A stretch of 64,000 nt of DNA from an uncultured Gammaproteobacteria bacterium (GTDB lineage Bacteria > Patescibacteriota > Patescibacteriia > SBBC01 > CAIJZX01). Under the pieces are notes generated by a model. The model was not told where the DNA came from and did not search any database. It saw only the letters and a list, made by a program, of their open reading frames with translations. Both the position numbers and the translations under genes were made by a program. This document shows, one piece after another, positions 48,481 to 58,224 of this stretch. Where the stretch lies: NCBI GenBank assembly GCA_964518425.1, contig CAZFGG010000001.1, positions 54,597 through 118,596 of the forward strand. Direction: 5' to 3'. The first letter of the stretch is position 1. Each line of letters begins with the position of its first letter.

Positions 48481-49419
48481 TTATTTTGAAGTTTTGTCAA
48501 GTCCACCCATCTGTCGCAATGCCTTGATTCGTTCATCAATTGGCGGATGGGTACTAAAAAGTTTTGCTAGTCCGGTCGAGACTGGACCAAATGGATTGCT
48601 GAAAAACAAATGGGCGGTGGCATGATTGGCGGAATGCAACGGTTCGGCCGTGGTGTCGCGAATTTTCTCCAAGGCTCGGGCCAATCCTTCCGGATAGCGC
48701 GTGAGCAGAGCGCCTGAAGCATCGGCCAAAAACTCGCGCTTGCGCGAGACGGCCAACTGGATCAGCTGGCCGATCAGTGGCGCCAGGATGAGGAGAACTA
48801 AGCCGACAATCATCAGGACAGCCTGCAGTTGGTTCCCATTATCGTTATTGCTCCGCCTCCGCCCGCCCAACCAGCTCCACCGCCAGAAATAGTTTGAGAG
48901 CAAGGTGATCAGACCGACCAGAATTGCGACCAAGGTCATGTACCGGACGTCCTCGTTCTTGACATGGGATAATTCATGGGCCAGGACGCCTTCCAGCTCT
49001 TCATTTTTGAGTTGTTCGACCGCGCCGACTGTCACCGCTAGGGAACTGTGTTTTGGGTCACGGCCGGTCGCAAAGGCGTTGATTTGCCGGTCGGGAATAA
49101 CGTAGATCGCCGGCGTGGGCTGGCCGTTGGCGATACATAAATTCTCGACCAGGTTGTACAGCGCGGGGCTGTCTGATTTTTGAATTGGTCCTTGGGCGCC
49201 AGCGGTGGCCAGGGCGATACGGTCACCGGCGAAATATCCGGTCAGGCTGGTGGCGGTCGCGAAGGCAATGGCAATAATCAGCCCGCCTGGCCCGGCTTGG
49301 AGCAATCGTGTGAATACCCAGCCGATCAAAACCACCACCGCCACGAAAACGATGACCAAAACGATCGACTTCCGTCGGTTGGCCGCTACGAAATCATAGG
49401 TCGTTGCCATCAGCGGCAA
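48481..49419 (-). CDS. htpX: Membrane zinc metalloprotease HtpX (M48 family)
   Basis: HExxH motif HELSHVKNED; N-terminal TMs; conserved pairing with upstream lemA. Confidence 0.85.
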   Translation of the reverse strand: MPLMATTYDFVAANRRKSIVLVIVFVAVVVLIGWVFTRLLQAGPGGLIIAIAFATATSLTGYFAGDRIALATAGAQGPIQKSDSPALYNLVENLCIANGQPTPAIYVIPDRQINAFATGRDPKHSSLAVTVGAVEQLKNEELEGVLAHELSHVKNEDVRYMTLVAILVGLITLLSNYFWRWSWLGGRRRSNNDNGNQLQAVLMIVGLVLLILAPLIGQLIQLAVSRKREFLADASGALLTRYPEGLARALEKIRDTTAEPLHSANHATAHLFFSNPFGPVSTGLAKLFSTHPPIDERIKALRQMGGLDKTSK

Positions 49420-49423
49420 CGCC

Positions 49424-49978
49424 TTAGAACTGGACCTTGACTGGTTCTTTGGCGGCTTCGTCAGTCAGCCCAAAGAATTCACGGGTGGTAAAACCGAGGT
49501 TCCGGGCGAAGACGTTGGTCGGGAATGACTGAATCCGAGTGTTCAGATCACGGACGTTGCCATTGTAGAACCGCCGGGCGGCCTGAATCTTATTTTCGGT
49601 GTCAGACAGTTCGTCCTGGAGCTGGGAAAAATTCTGACTGGCTTTCAACTCGGGATAGGCCTCAGCCACGGCAAAAAGCGTCTTCAACGTCCCGGCCAAT
49701 TGGTTTTCCGCTTGGGCTTTGGCTTGTGGTCCCTGAGCGGTCATGGCGGCCGATCGGGCGGCCGTCACATTTTCAAAAGCTTGGCGCTCATGCGTGGCAT
49801 ACCCTTTGACTGTCTCAACTAAGTTCGGAATGAGATCGTAGCGGCGTTTCAGCTGGACGTCGATATCAGACCAGGCTTCGTCCGTTTGGTTCTTGAGCCT
49901 GACTAAACCGTTATAGGCTCCCCAAATCCAGAGTAAGATGAGAACGATCAGTCCGACGATAACCCAGAGAATAGGCAT
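49424..49978 (-). CDS. lemA: LemA family protein
   Basis: 184 aa; N-terminal TM MPILWVIVGLIVLILLWIWGAYNGLVRLKNQ...; typical LemA length and lemA-htpX arrangement. Confidence 0.8.
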   Translation of the reverse strand: MPILWVIVGLIVLILLWIWGAYNGLVRLKNQTDEAWSDIDVQLKRRYDLIPNLVETVKGYATHERQAFENVTAARSAAMTAQGPQAKAQAENQLAGTLKTLFAVAEAYPELKASQNFSQLQDELSDTENKIQAARRFYNGNVRDLNTRIQSFPTNVFARNLGFTTREFFGLTDEAAKEPVKVQF

Positions 49979-49987
49979 AGAGAAAGA

Positions 49988-50452
49988 TTACGAAGTAAGC
50001 AGTTTAAAAATTTTGGTGGCCGTGCAATGATCGGTCAGGGCTAAGTTGACATCCGATGCAACTTGAACCTGGTCACCCGCACGCAGCTGGTCCTGGCTCA
50101 GGTCACTCAGCCGGTCACCAGTGAGAGATTTGATGATCGTGTGCTCGTCGACGCTGACGGTGTAGAGACGATGGTGCGGTTGTCCTGAGTCATCAGTAAT
50201 AATGACATCGATGGAGAGCGCCGAGCCTTGAACTGCGGTTACACTCCCGATCATGTCTTGAAACGAACGAGGAGTAGCGGTTGGCGCGACGGTCTGCACG
50301 CGCGGGGTTCGTCGTTGATGCTGCTGGACATAGTTGACCACCAGGGCCACGACCACCAGACCAGCCGCCAGGCTCAGAACAACCCAGAACAGGCGGACCT
50401 GCTGACGATGTTCTTCGACCGATGAGGGGGTGGGTGACATAACGTGGATCAA
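49988..50452 (-). CDS. Hypothetical membrane-anchored protein
   Basis: 154 aa; single TM LFWVVLSLAAGLVVVALVVNYV then soluble domain. Confidence 0.4.
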   Translation of the reverse strand: MIHVMSPTPSSVEEHRQQVRLFWVVLSLAAGLVVVALVVNYVQQHQRRTPRVQTVAPTATPRSFQDMIGSVTAVQGSALSIDVIITDDSGQPHHRLYTVSVDEHTIIKSLTGDRLSDLSQDQLRAGDQVQVASDVNLALTDHCTATKIFKLLTS

Positions 50453-50499
50453 GTATACCGTGGTCAGGAGAGAGAAGCAAAACCGGTCGCATGCCGAGG

Positions 50500-50528
50500 T
50501 TGCGAATCGAGGAGAAGTATGGTATAGT
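50500..50528 (+). promoter_or_regulatory. Sigma70-like promoter TTGCGA-17-TGgTATAGT (extended -10) for the tandem secreted-protein array
   Basis: TTGCGA 50500-50505, 17-nt spacer, TATAGT 50523-50528 preceded by TGG. Confidence 0.55.
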
Positions 50529-50584
50529 ACGAGAGTCCTCTTCGGTCCAATCCTCCAAAAAAATTCATCGGAATATCTAAGGAT

Positions 50585-51460
50585 TTGGTCTTGTCACGAA
50601 ACCGAAAAAATACAGACCGACCATCAACCCTGCGACGCACAACCTTGCTGGCAGTTTTCTTCATGGCTGTCGCGACTATGCCGCTTGTTTCGCGGGCCTT
50701 CACTGAACCAAAGGGGTATCCAACAAACTATGTTTCAGTCAACGGTGTCGGTGAGGTACCGCAGTTCCTCAATGCCTCAAGCGTCAACCAGTTAAAAGAA
50801 GGTTCGCTCCTCATTGGTGATCGAAGCGGAAAAATCGCGAACTGCAATGGGGGCACGACAACCGGATGCAGCCGCCTCTGCTTGAACGCCGATCCAGCAA
50901 AAGGCACAACTGATAGTACCTGTATTACCACCTGGCAAGACCTCAACGGTTCGGTCAGTGGTTCTTTCTTGCGACGCTTTGCCGACAACTCGGCTGGTCT
51001 TGATATCGGCTATAGCCGACTGCAAGGCAATAGCGCCTCTGGCCACCTTGTCTCGTTGATTGTTGAACCGAATGCCGCCGCCGGGCACAATGCTCTGCGG
51101 GCCAATGGTCTAGCGGACACGAACTACGCTGCTCAGTTCGGCGGAACGCTCTTCATCGGCAATAAAACGAACGATGCCAAGCTCTGCTTGAACGACGCAG
51201 CAAACGATGGCAATCCAGTTGGGACATGTATTACGAAGTGGTCCGATCTCATTTCGACCACAACGAACATTATCCGTCTCCAAGAGCTCAGGACGTCCAT
51301 TGCTCCGGTTCCCGACCAAGGCAACGCCGGGGTTGTTGGGCCGGTTGAGGTCCCCTCGTTGATCCTCGGACAACCAGCCACCACATTAAATCCTACATTA
51401 AGCTGTGGCGATGGTCTCTGCAGTGCCAGCGAAATAGGGCAATGTCCGCTTGATTGCTAA
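50585..51460 (+). CDS. Secreted protein, member 1 of tandem CLN/C-I-T-S-W-motif family
   Basis: Signal peptide (…LLAVFFMAVATMPLVSRA); motifs SRLCLNADPAKGTTDSTCITTWQDL and AKLCLNDAANDGNPVGTCITKWSDL; C-terminal CGDGLCSASEIGQCPLDC. Confidence 0.6.
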   Translation: MVLSRNRKNTDRPSTLRRTTLLAVFFMAVATMPLVSRAFTEPKGYPTNYVSVNGVGEVPQFLNASSVNQLKEGSLLIGDRSGKIANCNGGTTTGCSRLCLNADPAKGTTDSTCITTWQDLNGSVSGSFLRRFADNSAGLDIGYSRLQGNSASGHLVSLIVEPNAAAGHNALRANGLADTNYAAQFGGTLFIGNKTNDAKLCLNDAANDGNPVGTCITKWSDLISTTTNIIRLQELRTSIAPVPDQGNAGVVGPVEVPSLILGQPATTLNPTLSCGDGLCSASEIGQCPLDC

Positions 51461-53036
51461 ACGCATGCCCCGAACGCTTCCGATCTTCATTTCTTCCGCG
51501 GCCCTCTTACTCTTCAGCTTGATCGTGATTGGTCGGACCGCAATAGCCGGACCAATAACCGGCGGCGGGGGACAACCGCCGTTTGTGAAGCTGGGTGTCT
51601 ATCAGGGAGTAATTTCGGTCGTCCCGCCCGGTGGAGCTGACGTGATGGAGATTGGTAACCTTGGCCGGGATATCGCGAGTAGCACGACGATTTACCTCCG
51701 CCCGGGGAGCCTGCCCGAGAAGATGTGTATCGGCGGGGTGAATAATGGCCAAGCCTGTCCGCCAGCAGCCTGCACTGGTGGGGTCTGCAGTAATGTTGCC
51801 CCGCGATTCTATAAATACGCGACATATGCGGAATCCGTACTTGATCTCGGAACTGGGCGACTCTGTCTGAATCCAAACGGCGCAGGAGTTTGGGATTGCC
51901 GGGGCTTATGGCCAAGCACCGGCGGGGCGGGCGATACGAACTGGCAGACGACCACGGTTGGCAGCATGACTGATCTCCAACCAATTTCCGGTTCGCCGGT
52001 GGTTGACTCAATTCGCGCCGGCACGCTGGCCAATCCGGTTCCGAGTGCGAACGGGACCGGCCTTGACGTCGAAACCAATGCTAACGCTCCGGCCGTTATT
52101 TTGAACGGGTTTCAGGGATTGACGACCGGATATTACAATTCCGGGCTGGGCTCAACCGTCGGCGGCCGAGTTGATATTTTCGGGAAACTACGGGCTCTCC
52201 TCTACGCTGGGAATGACTTGGAAATCGGCGCAAATGGAGGCGTGACGCCCTACAATGCGGCGAACGTCTATAGCCAGCTCAATAACATCAAAACCCACAT
52301 TGACGCTGATACCTTTGATGGGACGACCCCCATGCTGTTCCCAACGAATGGGAATTTGTTCTGGAAGGCCCAAACGGCCGGCCCATCGACGATCCACCGG
52401 ATGTGCTTACGAACGACGTCCGGTTACCTTTGTGTCGGTGGAACGAATCCGGGCACGAATGCCGGAACCCCCTGTCCTAATGGCAACAACACCGGTCCCG
52501 ACGCGACCAAGTGCATCGGCGGCGCGACATGTCAAACAATGTGCAGCACGACCGATTCAATCTGCGCCGCCAGCCCGGCAGCGAAGCATTGTGTGAGTAC
52601 CGGAGCAGCCTGTGTGACCTCACTCAACTGTCCAGGGGGCGACGCCTGTGTCCGCGGGCACTTAGTGACGGTAGCTGGCGGAACCGGTGTTTCGCCGACG
52701 TGTACACAGAACTGTCAAACAGTCTGCGCTGGATCAGCGTTTGATTTTGGCGCTGGTGGTGGGTCGCCAGCAGCTGGAAATAATATCATGTGTGATGGCC
52801 AAGCCGGCGCTGGAACCTGTAGCGCCTATGGGGAATATGCGACGGCCGATAGCGGCCAGACCGCAGCGCTCAACAACGCTTATGGGTCGTGCCAGCCGTT
52901 TCTCGACCTCGGCGGTGGAGTATTCTCTTGGCGCCAAATCTGCGATTGTTATTTGAGCGCTCCGAAGAACTACCTCCGAGCTAACCCGCCGGGCACGGGG
53001 GGCGATCTGTGCTCGAAACCGCTAACCGCTTCATAG
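51450..53036 (+). CDS. Secreted Cys-rich protein, family member 2
   Basis: Signal peptide; shared N-module PFVKLGVYQGVISVVP...LGRDIASSTTIYLRPG; RLCLNPNGAGVWDCRGLW; Gly/Cys-rich C-terminus; 11-nt overlap with upstream gene. Confidence 0.6.
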   Translation: MIAKRMPRTLPIFISSAALLLFSLIVIGRTAIAGPITGGGGQPPFVKLGVYQGVISVVPPGGADVMEIGNLGRDIASSTTIYLRPGSLPEKMCIGGVNNGQACPPAACTGGVCSNVAPRFYKYATYAESVLDLGTGRLCLNPNGAGVWDCRGLWPSTGGAGDTNWQTTTVGSMTDLQPISGSPVVDSIRAGTLANPVPSANGTGLDVETNANAPAVILNGFQGLTTGYYNSGLGSTVGGRVDIFGKLRALLYAGNDLEIGANGGVTPYNAANVYSQLNNIKTHIDADTFDGTTPMLFPTNGNLFWKAQTAGPSTIHRMCLRTTSGYLCVGGTNPGTNAGTPCPNGNNTGPDATKCIGGATCQTMCSTTDSICAASPAAKHCVSTGAACVTSLNCPGGDACVRGHLVTVAGGTGVSPTCTQNCQTVCAGSAFDFGAGGGSPAAGNNIMCDGQAGAGTCSAYGEYATADSGQTAALNNAYGSCQPFLDLGGGVFSWRQICDCYLSAPKNYLRANPPGTGGDLCSKPLTAS

Positions 53037-53040
53037 TTCC

Positions 53041-53946
53041 ATGCGCTCAATTCCGATTATTACGCTCATCGTCAGCTTCGTCAGTTTTGTTGCTCTGGCG
53101 TCACGACCCGCGATCGCCGGCCCAATCACGAACGGGCCATCGAGCGCGCCGTTCACGAAACTTGGTGTCTATCAAGGCGTCGTCAGTGTTGTCTCGAATG
53201 CCGACAATGCTGCTCTTGAGCTCGGCTACCTCGGCCGCGATATTGCCAGTACGGGTGACCTCTATTTCCGGCCATCCTTCACCGCCCGGGCGAATGGCGC
53301 CTACTTTACGCGGAATGGGAACAGTGCCGACTTTTACCTGAGCGGGAAACTCTGCCTGTTTAAACATGTCAGCAACATTATTGATCTGAACAGTATGTCC
53401 TGCAGTGACGGTTGGCCATCGGGGAGTGGTTCCGGCTCAAGTCTCTGGACGATCGTGGCCGATCCGGTAGCCGACCCCTTCACGAACGCCGTCAACGGCA
53501 ATTTCCTCCAGCCGATCAATACGAACTATGGAGTGCATATCGGCAGCTCCTTATCACCGGTGACCGGCGGGACAGCGCTGACTCTTGATGGCGCATCGTA
53601 CTCTTACCCACTCGGTGTCGCGAACCTTGGCTCCGGCGCAGCGCTCCAAACTCAAGGTCAAGTGAATTTAAACGCCTATGGCTACGTCAATGGTTTGATC
53701 TACATCAACGGTCAAGAAGTCTGGCATCGGCAGGGATTTTTCGGCGGGCCCGCTGCTCATGAAGGCCTTGGCTCGGGGCTGGATGCCGATATTGCTAATG
53801 GCAACAATGTCACGCTTGAACCCGCGACGTCCTGTAATGATGACGATACGAAACCCCGGGCCGCCTGTATTTGCTTTACCATCTTCCGAGTCGGATCGTC
53901 GCCGAATCCTTCAAAGCACTGCGCTGCTTTTTCAAACGCTTTCTAA
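53041..53946 (+). CDS. Secreted protein, family member 3
   Basis: Signal peptide; PFTKLGVYQGVVSVVS...LGRDIASTGDLYFRPS; GKLCLFKHVSNIIDLNSMSCSDGW. Confidence 0.55.
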   Translation: MRSIPIITLIVSFVSFVALASRPAIAGPITNGPSSAPFTKLGVYQGVVSVVSNADNAALELGYLGRDIASTGDLYFRPSFTARANGAYFTRNGNSADFYLSGKLCLFKHVSNIIDLNSMSCSDGWPSGSGSGSSLWTIVADPVADPFTNAVNGNFLQPINTNYGVHIGSSLSPVTGGTALTLDGASYSYPLGVANLGSGAALQTQGQVNLNAYGYVNGLIYINGQEVWHRQGFFGGPAAHEGLGSGLDADIANGNNVTLEPATSCNDDDTKPRAACICFTIFRVGSSPNPSKHCAAFSNAF

Positions 53947-54818
53947 TGAAGAAATCTTCAATTATTGCCATAAGTTTCTTAGCCCTGATCGTTAGCTGGA
54001 CATTCTGGCGTCAAACCGCCTTGGCCAGCCCCTCTTCAGGTTCAAGTACAACCTCGCCGACGACCGTCTACGATGGCGTCATCAGCGTCGCTCCGGGCGA
54101 TGTTGGGTCCGGGATTCTCGAACTTGGTTCGTCGGGGTCAGACATCGCTAGTTCGAGCGATATCTACGTGCGTCCAGAGCGGTTGTCTGAAACGAATGCC
54201 GTACGATTTTCGCCGAACGGGAAGTCCACCGTCCACCTTTACGCCTACGGCGGCCTTTGTCTCGGCGGTCTGTGCCGTGACACGTGGCCGGCGGTCAGCG
54301 GCGGGACCTTTTGGAACCTGGTTGGAGGCCAGTACGTTGAACCGGCTACCCTCAGCCAAGGCGTAACGTTTACCAAGACCCGCGCCGGCGGCGGGGCGGC
54401 CATGGAAGTTTTTTCGAACAACACGACTGCGGCCGCCTATATCAGCAATGTCAGCGCTGGCGCTAGTGCGGCGGCCTTAACAATCAACGGCCCGGCGTAT
54501 ATCGGAGGTGACCTGAATGTCACGGCCAGCGGCGGAGATGAAATTACTCTGCACGGCGGCGTCTGCCAGGGCGGTCCGGCCGACGGTGTCATCTGCTCGA
54601 GTAGCCCCAATTGTTCGCCGGGAATATGCGCGATTAGTGATTACCGGGTCTGGTGGTCGGGTAATGATGGCCGTGGGTCGGGGCTTGACGCGTCAAAGCT
54701 CGACGGGATTGATTTGGACTTTAAATACAACATCAGCAATAGCTCATGTAATTCCGGCTCGCTCAATTGCTTGTGTGGACAGTTTCCGAGTTTCACCGAA
54801 TGCTTAAAACTTCAATGA
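53946..54818 (+). CDS. Secreted protein, family member 4
   Basis: ATG 53946 overlapping upstream TAA; signal peptide MKKSSIIAISFLALIVSWTFWRQTALA; VYDGVISVAPGDVGSGILELGSSGSDIASSSDIYVRPE; GGLCLGGLCRDTWPAV. Confidence 0.55.
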   Translation: MKKSSIIAISFLALIVSWTFWRQTALASPSSGSSTTSPTTVYDGVISVAPGDVGSGILELGSSGSDIASSSDIYVRPERLSETNAVRFSPNGKSTVHLYAYGGLCLGGLCRDTWPAVSGGTFWNLVGGQYVEPATLSQGVTFTKTRAGGGAAMEVFSNNTTAAAYISNVSAGASAAALTINGPAYIGGDLNVTASGGDEITLHGGVCQGGPADGVICSSSPNCSPGICAISDYRVWWSGNDGRGSGLDASKLDGIDLDFKYNISNSSCNSGSLNCLCGQFPSFTECLKLQ

Positions 54819-56857
54819 TTCGTCGCCGACAACTCTTACTCTTGGCGGGTCTCGGACTCGGTGGACTATTGTTGTCGAAGGTCGCCCTCGCCCAAACGTA
54901 CGTCAACCCGTCCACCTCGTTTACTGGCCCGGTCGCGCCGGCTATCAACTCGTCATTGAATGACCAGCGGAAACTTGGTTCGCTGGGCGTCGGGCGGGCC
55001 GTGAATCCACAAAAATTCTGTCTCAACGCGACGAGCCTGGCCGACGCTACGAATTGCATTTCTTCGTGGTCTGACCTGTCCGGTCAATTCGGCGGACCAT
55101 TTGTCAGTTTATCCCAAGATGCGTGGACGCTGGCAACGCCCAGTAGCGCCTGTGGAGCTGGTACCCCGAAATCTCTTTGTACCGGTGACTATGCCAGCCA
55201 AAGCGGCTTCGTTCATGTTCAAGCCTCCTCACTGACGACTCCCCAGCAAGCCTTTTCAACGATCGTTCAGGGTCCAAATCTCCAGCTCTGTGATTATCCC
55301 CGTAATGGCAGCAAGACTCCCGGCCATTGTATCGCCGGCAGTCCGATGGCTGGGCAGAGCTGCTTCTTCAATAATGATTGCGGTTACCGCTCAACAGCAA
55401 TTTATGGCAATGACGGAAGTCCCACTAATGCTCAAAATGCAGCCGGTTATTTTTCGGGCGTTGTTTATGTGACGAGTCCGACGAGCGATCCCCTCCTTCC
55501 GAAGGGTCGTATTTGCTTAAATGGAGCGACGGAAGATTATTTTAATGATGTTCCTGGTGGAACTTGTATTACCTCTTGGTCTGAACTCGGCGCCAGTGGC
55601 TCAGGAACATATGTCAAACGTCAGCAAGGTACCCCGATTCTTCAGAACCCCGGGGCCGTGATCAGCGGAGTGATTGTCATGTCCTCGGCGACGACTGGCT
55701 CAACGGACGGATTACCAAGTACCTTCACCTGCGGCGACAGTTTTTGTAACGCGACGGCCGTCCCGCCCGAAACAGCAGCCTCTTGCCCGATTGATTGCTT
55801 TGCGATTCCTACGCCGCAGTTGTCAGTGGCCATTGCAAGTGACAAGGTGAACATGACAATTACCACGAAAACCCAACAACCGGCTGGACCAGTGAATATT
55901 ATTGTGGTCCGATCTGTTGGCCTGACTTCAAGTTTTGTTCCGGTCAATGGCGTGGCCTATACGATTGGCGAAACTATTGGTAGCGACATTATTGTTTATG
56001 CCGGCAGTGCTACGCAGAATAACACTTTTGTACAACAGGATACCACCTTGCCCGGCGCCGGGACGTACAGCTATCGCGCTTATCAAGCGAACAGCTATCC
56101 CCGGTACGGCGGCCCAGCTGACGCCCCACTTGGTCAAATTTATAAACTACAAACCTCGGTTAGTCCGAACGGCTCGGCCTTCATCAGTAGCAACGATGGA
56201 CAGATTGTCCACTGTTCAGCCAGCTCCGGCACCGGGTGCGTGGCCTACTACCTCTCCAGCAATACTCCGACGGTTGTGATCAGTTTTGATTCGATCGTCA
56301 CGACCAATACCTTTAATGGATGGACCGGATGTAACTCGACGGGTGGCTCTGGAGCGGGGAGTACGTGCACCGTTATCATGAGCACAAATAAATCGATTGT
56401 GGCCAGCTTCTCCAGTGGCGGTCCCAAAGGATGTTTCACCGGATCAACCTTGGTTGATACGCCGGCTGGACCTCGGCCGATAGTTGACCTTCGGGCTGGC
56501 GACGACGTTTTCACCTATGATCAAGCCACTGGTCAAACCGTGGTGAGTCCGATCCTTCGAACCTTCGTGCACTCTGATCAGGCATATGGCGTCGTGACCT
56601 TTACCGACGGAACAACCATTAACGTCACGTCAATTCACCCCTTCTACGACGCCCGGTGGAAAATGTGGCGAGAGATTGGTCACATGCGACCCGGTGATAT
56701 AGTTCTGCAAGGCCGAGGTCTCTCTGCCCGCCCAATCCGCATCGTCTCTCTCGAATTCTCGAGCGGGCAGGGAACGGTCTATAATATTGAAGTCGGCGGC
56801 CACCATTCCTACTACGTCAACGGCATCCTGGTTCATAATAAAGGCCGCGAGGGATAA
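54815..56857 (+). CDS. Secreted protein, family member 5, with C-terminal Hint (Hedgehog/intein-like, BIL-type) autoprocessing domain
   Basis: ATGA overlap at 54815-54818; signal peptide MIRRRQLLLLAGLGLGGLLLSKVALA; QKFCLNATSLADATNCISSWSDL and GRICLNGATEDYFNDVPGGTCITSWSEL; C-terminal about 140 aa GCFTGSTLVDT...VTSIHPFYD...VYNIEVGGHHSYYVNGILVHNK (Cys1, TxxH, terminal HN). Confidence 0.65.
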   Translation: MIRRRQLLLLAGLGLGGLLLSKVALAQTYVNPSTSFTGPVAPAINSSLNDQRKLGSLGVGRAVNPQKFCLNATSLADATNCISSWSDLSGQFGGPFVSLSQDAWTLATPSSACGAGTPKSLCTGDYASQSGFVHVQASSLTTPQQAFSTIVQGPNLQLCDYPRNGSKTPGHCIAGSPMAGQSCFFNNDCGYRSTAIYGNDGSPTNAQNAAGYFSGVVYVTSPTSDPLLPKGRICLNGATEDYFNDVPGGTCITSWSELGASGSGTYVKRQQGTPILQNPGAVISGVIVMSSATTGSTDGLPSTFTCGDSFCNATAVPPETAASCPIDCFAIPTPQLSVAIASDKVNMTITTKTQQPAGPVNIIVVRSVGLTSSFVPVNGVAYTIGETIGSDIIVYAGSATQNNTFVQQDTTLPGAGTYSYRAYQANSYPRYGGPADAPLGQIYKLQTSVSPNGSAFISSNDGQIVHCSASSGTGCVAYYLSSNTPTVVISFDSIVTTNTFNGWTGCNSTGGSGAGSTCTVIMSTNKSIVASFSSGGPKGCFTGSTLVDTPAGPRPIVDLRAGDDVFTYDQATGQTVVSPILRTFVHSDQAYGVVTFTDGTTINVTSIHPFYDARWKMWREIGHMRPGDIVLQGRGLSARPIRIVSLEFSSGQGTVYNIEVGGHHSYYVNGILVHNKGREG

Positions 56858-56860
56858 GAC

Positions 56861-58219
56861 ATGATTACGACCCGACTCCATCATCGCTCGTCCCGCTCAG
56901 TCTTCATTGTGGCTATTGTTGTCATGACATTGTTGTCGATATCCCGTCCGCTCTCCGCCCAAGTCTACATCGACCCAACTGGTCCGGCTGTTGGCGGTCG
57001 CTCGGCCACGCCGCTTGATACGTCGGCCACGACCCAACAAAAGCTCGGTTCCTTGCTGATTGGCCAGACCGGTCTTCCGGCCTCGCGGATTTGCTTGAAC
57101 GGGACAGGCAACCTCGTGGGTGGTGATGATGCGTCTCCCGGTAACCCAGGCGGCCACTGCGTGACCAGCTGGGCGAATGTGGTGAATTCCCTTGGCGCTC
57201 CCTTCGTTGATCTCGTCAAAACTGCGCCGAGTGGAGCGGCCGGAAATATCTCCAGCTACAACGCACCGAACTCGGGCTATGCTCGTCTGAAAGCCAGCGG
57301 CCCGGGAACGGCCAGCACGTTTTTGACGGAAGCCAATAACGCCGTTGGCGCCGGGACGACGACCGCTCTCTACGCCAGTACAGGGTATATTGAAGACTAC
57401 GCCGGATATTTTTCCGGAAAGTTCAGTATTGAACCGACGGCCATTAACCGAGGACGGCTCTGCCTCAATAGCACCTGTAACTACAACGCGGGCGATCCGG
57501 CTTGTCAGAACTTGATTAACAATTTCGGCTACTACTGCGTCTCTGACTGGTCACAAATCATCTCGAACACGAATGATCGACTCTCGCTACAAACATCCGT
57601 CAGTCCAACAATCGAGTCGGGCACGGTCTTGCTCAAAGAGGGGTTCAGTGCCGGCGCGGCGGTGATTGGGGTGCCCCCGTCGACTACGCCGCTCGGTACG
57701 ACCGTGCCATTCTGTGGCGATGGATTGTGTAGCCGGGAAATTCACGAAGATCAGTCAGGGAACGCGAACTACTGTGCCCTTGACTGCGAAACAATTCCTT
57801 TGCCCAATAACGTCACCGCCCAAACGATCACCTTTGGCATAGGGGTGACCGTCACGCCGACCGCTATTGCTTCAAGTAATACCCCGTATTTCCTCGTTGT
57901 TCGATCGTCGAATCCGAGCTTTGTCTTTGAGCCGCAAGACGGGGTGAAGTACAAAATCGGAGGAAATAGTACGTTCGCTATCGTTTACGCAGTGCAACGG
58001 CCAAATGCGAGCCCGTTCACCTTTTTGGACACCGCTTTCGGGATGATTGCAAATAAAGTCTACACGTACCATGTGTACGAAGCGAATCCTTATCCGCGGT
58101 ATCTGAAGGTCGCCAGTGGTTCGGGATTCAATTACACTTCAGTTACGGCCACGGCCGGACCAGCAGCGGTTGGCACCGGACCTGAGGAAAGTCCCGACGG
58201 CGGAGACATTCAACTCTAG
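56861..58219 (+). CDS. Secreted protein, family member 6
   Basis: Signal peptide; SRICLNGTGNLVGGDDASPGNPGGHCVTSWANV and GRLCLNSTCNYNAGDPACQNLINNFGYYCVSDWSQI; FCGDGLCSREIHEDQSGNANYCALDC. Confidence 0.6.
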   Translation: MITTRLHHRSSRSVFIVAIVVMTLLSISRPLSAQVYIDPTGPAVGGRSATPLDTSATTQQKLGSLLIGQTGLPASRICLNGTGNLVGGDDASPGNPGGHCVTSWANVVNSLGAPFVDLVKTAPSGAAGNISSYNAPNSGYARLKASGPGTASTFLTEANNAVGAGTTTALYASTGYIEDYAGYFSGKFSIEPTAINRGRLCLNSTCNYNAGDPACQNLINNFGYYCVSDWSQIISNTNDRLSLQTSVSPTIESGTVLLKEGFSAGAAVIGVPPSTTPLGTTVPFCGDGLCSREIHEDQSGNANYCALDCETIPLPNNVTAQTITFGIGVTVTPTAIASSNTPYFLVVRSSNPSFVFEPQDGVKYKIGGNSTFAIVYAVQRPNASPFTFLDTAFGMIANKVYTYHVYEANPYPRYLKVASGSGFNYTSVTATAGPAAVGTGPEESPDGGDIQL

Positions 58220-58224
58220 CGACC

